A DNA stretch of 64,000 bases from Lingula anatina (Eukaryota > Animalia > Brachiopoda): positions 5,952,001 to 6,016,000 of the forward strand of contig CM120649.1 of NCBI GenBank assembly GCA_051362555.1, read 5' to 3'. The notes under the pieces are model-generated. The model ran no database searches. It saw only the letters and a program-made list of their open reading frames with translations, and was not told the origin of the DNA. Position 1 is the stretch's first letter, and each line of letters starts with the position of its first letter. The translations under genes and the position numbers were made by a program. Of this stretch, positions 63,303-64,000 are shown piece by piece.

Positions 63303-64000
63303 GATAGTGTGATCGTTTTGTCTGAAAAAGAACGTATATTAAACTTTAAGCTGTGTTTAAGTAGAAAATCTTCATTTTATTTTATATTGATGGTGCATTA
63401 TGAAATCAAGACTGACAAATACATGTAAGCCCTGAAAACAACCCACGAACGATACATTCATATAAAAACCAGTCTAAAAAATTTCCCTTAAATCAATACA
63501 GTGATAAGAAAAGAGAGTAATAGTGGAAAAATAAATAGGAGAACTTTGAAGTGAAGTTGAGGAAAACAACATTATGTCATACACATGTTCAAAGGGTATG
63601 AAACAGGGCTTACCTTTTAATCACGGCGAGGACTTTAATTTACGCCAGGCACGAACGTAGCTTGGAAATATGAGCAGGGTCTGTTTAACGTGGCATGTTA
63701 TATATATATGCAGGCTACTAGAATAAAACAGCGATGAAAGCTATTTCCTTCTAATTTGTTACCTGTCTGTCTATTCCATTTTCACAGAGGGAGTTTTGTT
63801 TTTAAACGCAAGTTTCGTTTACATCAGTTTTAAAATTGCTCCTTCTTGACGATGTTAAATCACACGCTTTTTTACAATACCACTCCACCTGTGCCTCAAT
63901 CTTGTATAAAACAATTTTATAGGGATATAAGGTATTAGAAGTAAACTCTTAATTGCAATCCAGCCTATGCATATACATGCTTGTAATACAGCTCCATGTT

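Overview
AT-rich eukaryotic (invertebrate, probably lophotrochozoan/mollusc-like; this is inference) genomic DNA with spliceosomal introns, microsatellites and many MITEs. Genes: a 3-exon parvulin PIN4/Par14 (+); three minus-strand paralogous V8/glutamyl-endopeptidase-like (bacterial S1B-type) serine proteases with different intron patterns and no signal peptide in my gene models; a single-exon GT10 alpha-1,3-fucosyltransferase (+) between proteases A and B; and a tandem array of six secreted serpins (-) with near-identical scaffolds but hypervariable reactive centre loops (predicted P1 = R, E, E, G, K, T/V). Best candidate for a new system: Glu-specific-type proteases, each with Glu just before its predicted mature N-terminus, sit next to serpins carrying the rare P1 Glu. 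One P1-Glu serpin looks like a hybrid recombined at the hinge. All gene models were assembled by eye from GT-AG sites and frame continuity; no database searches were run.
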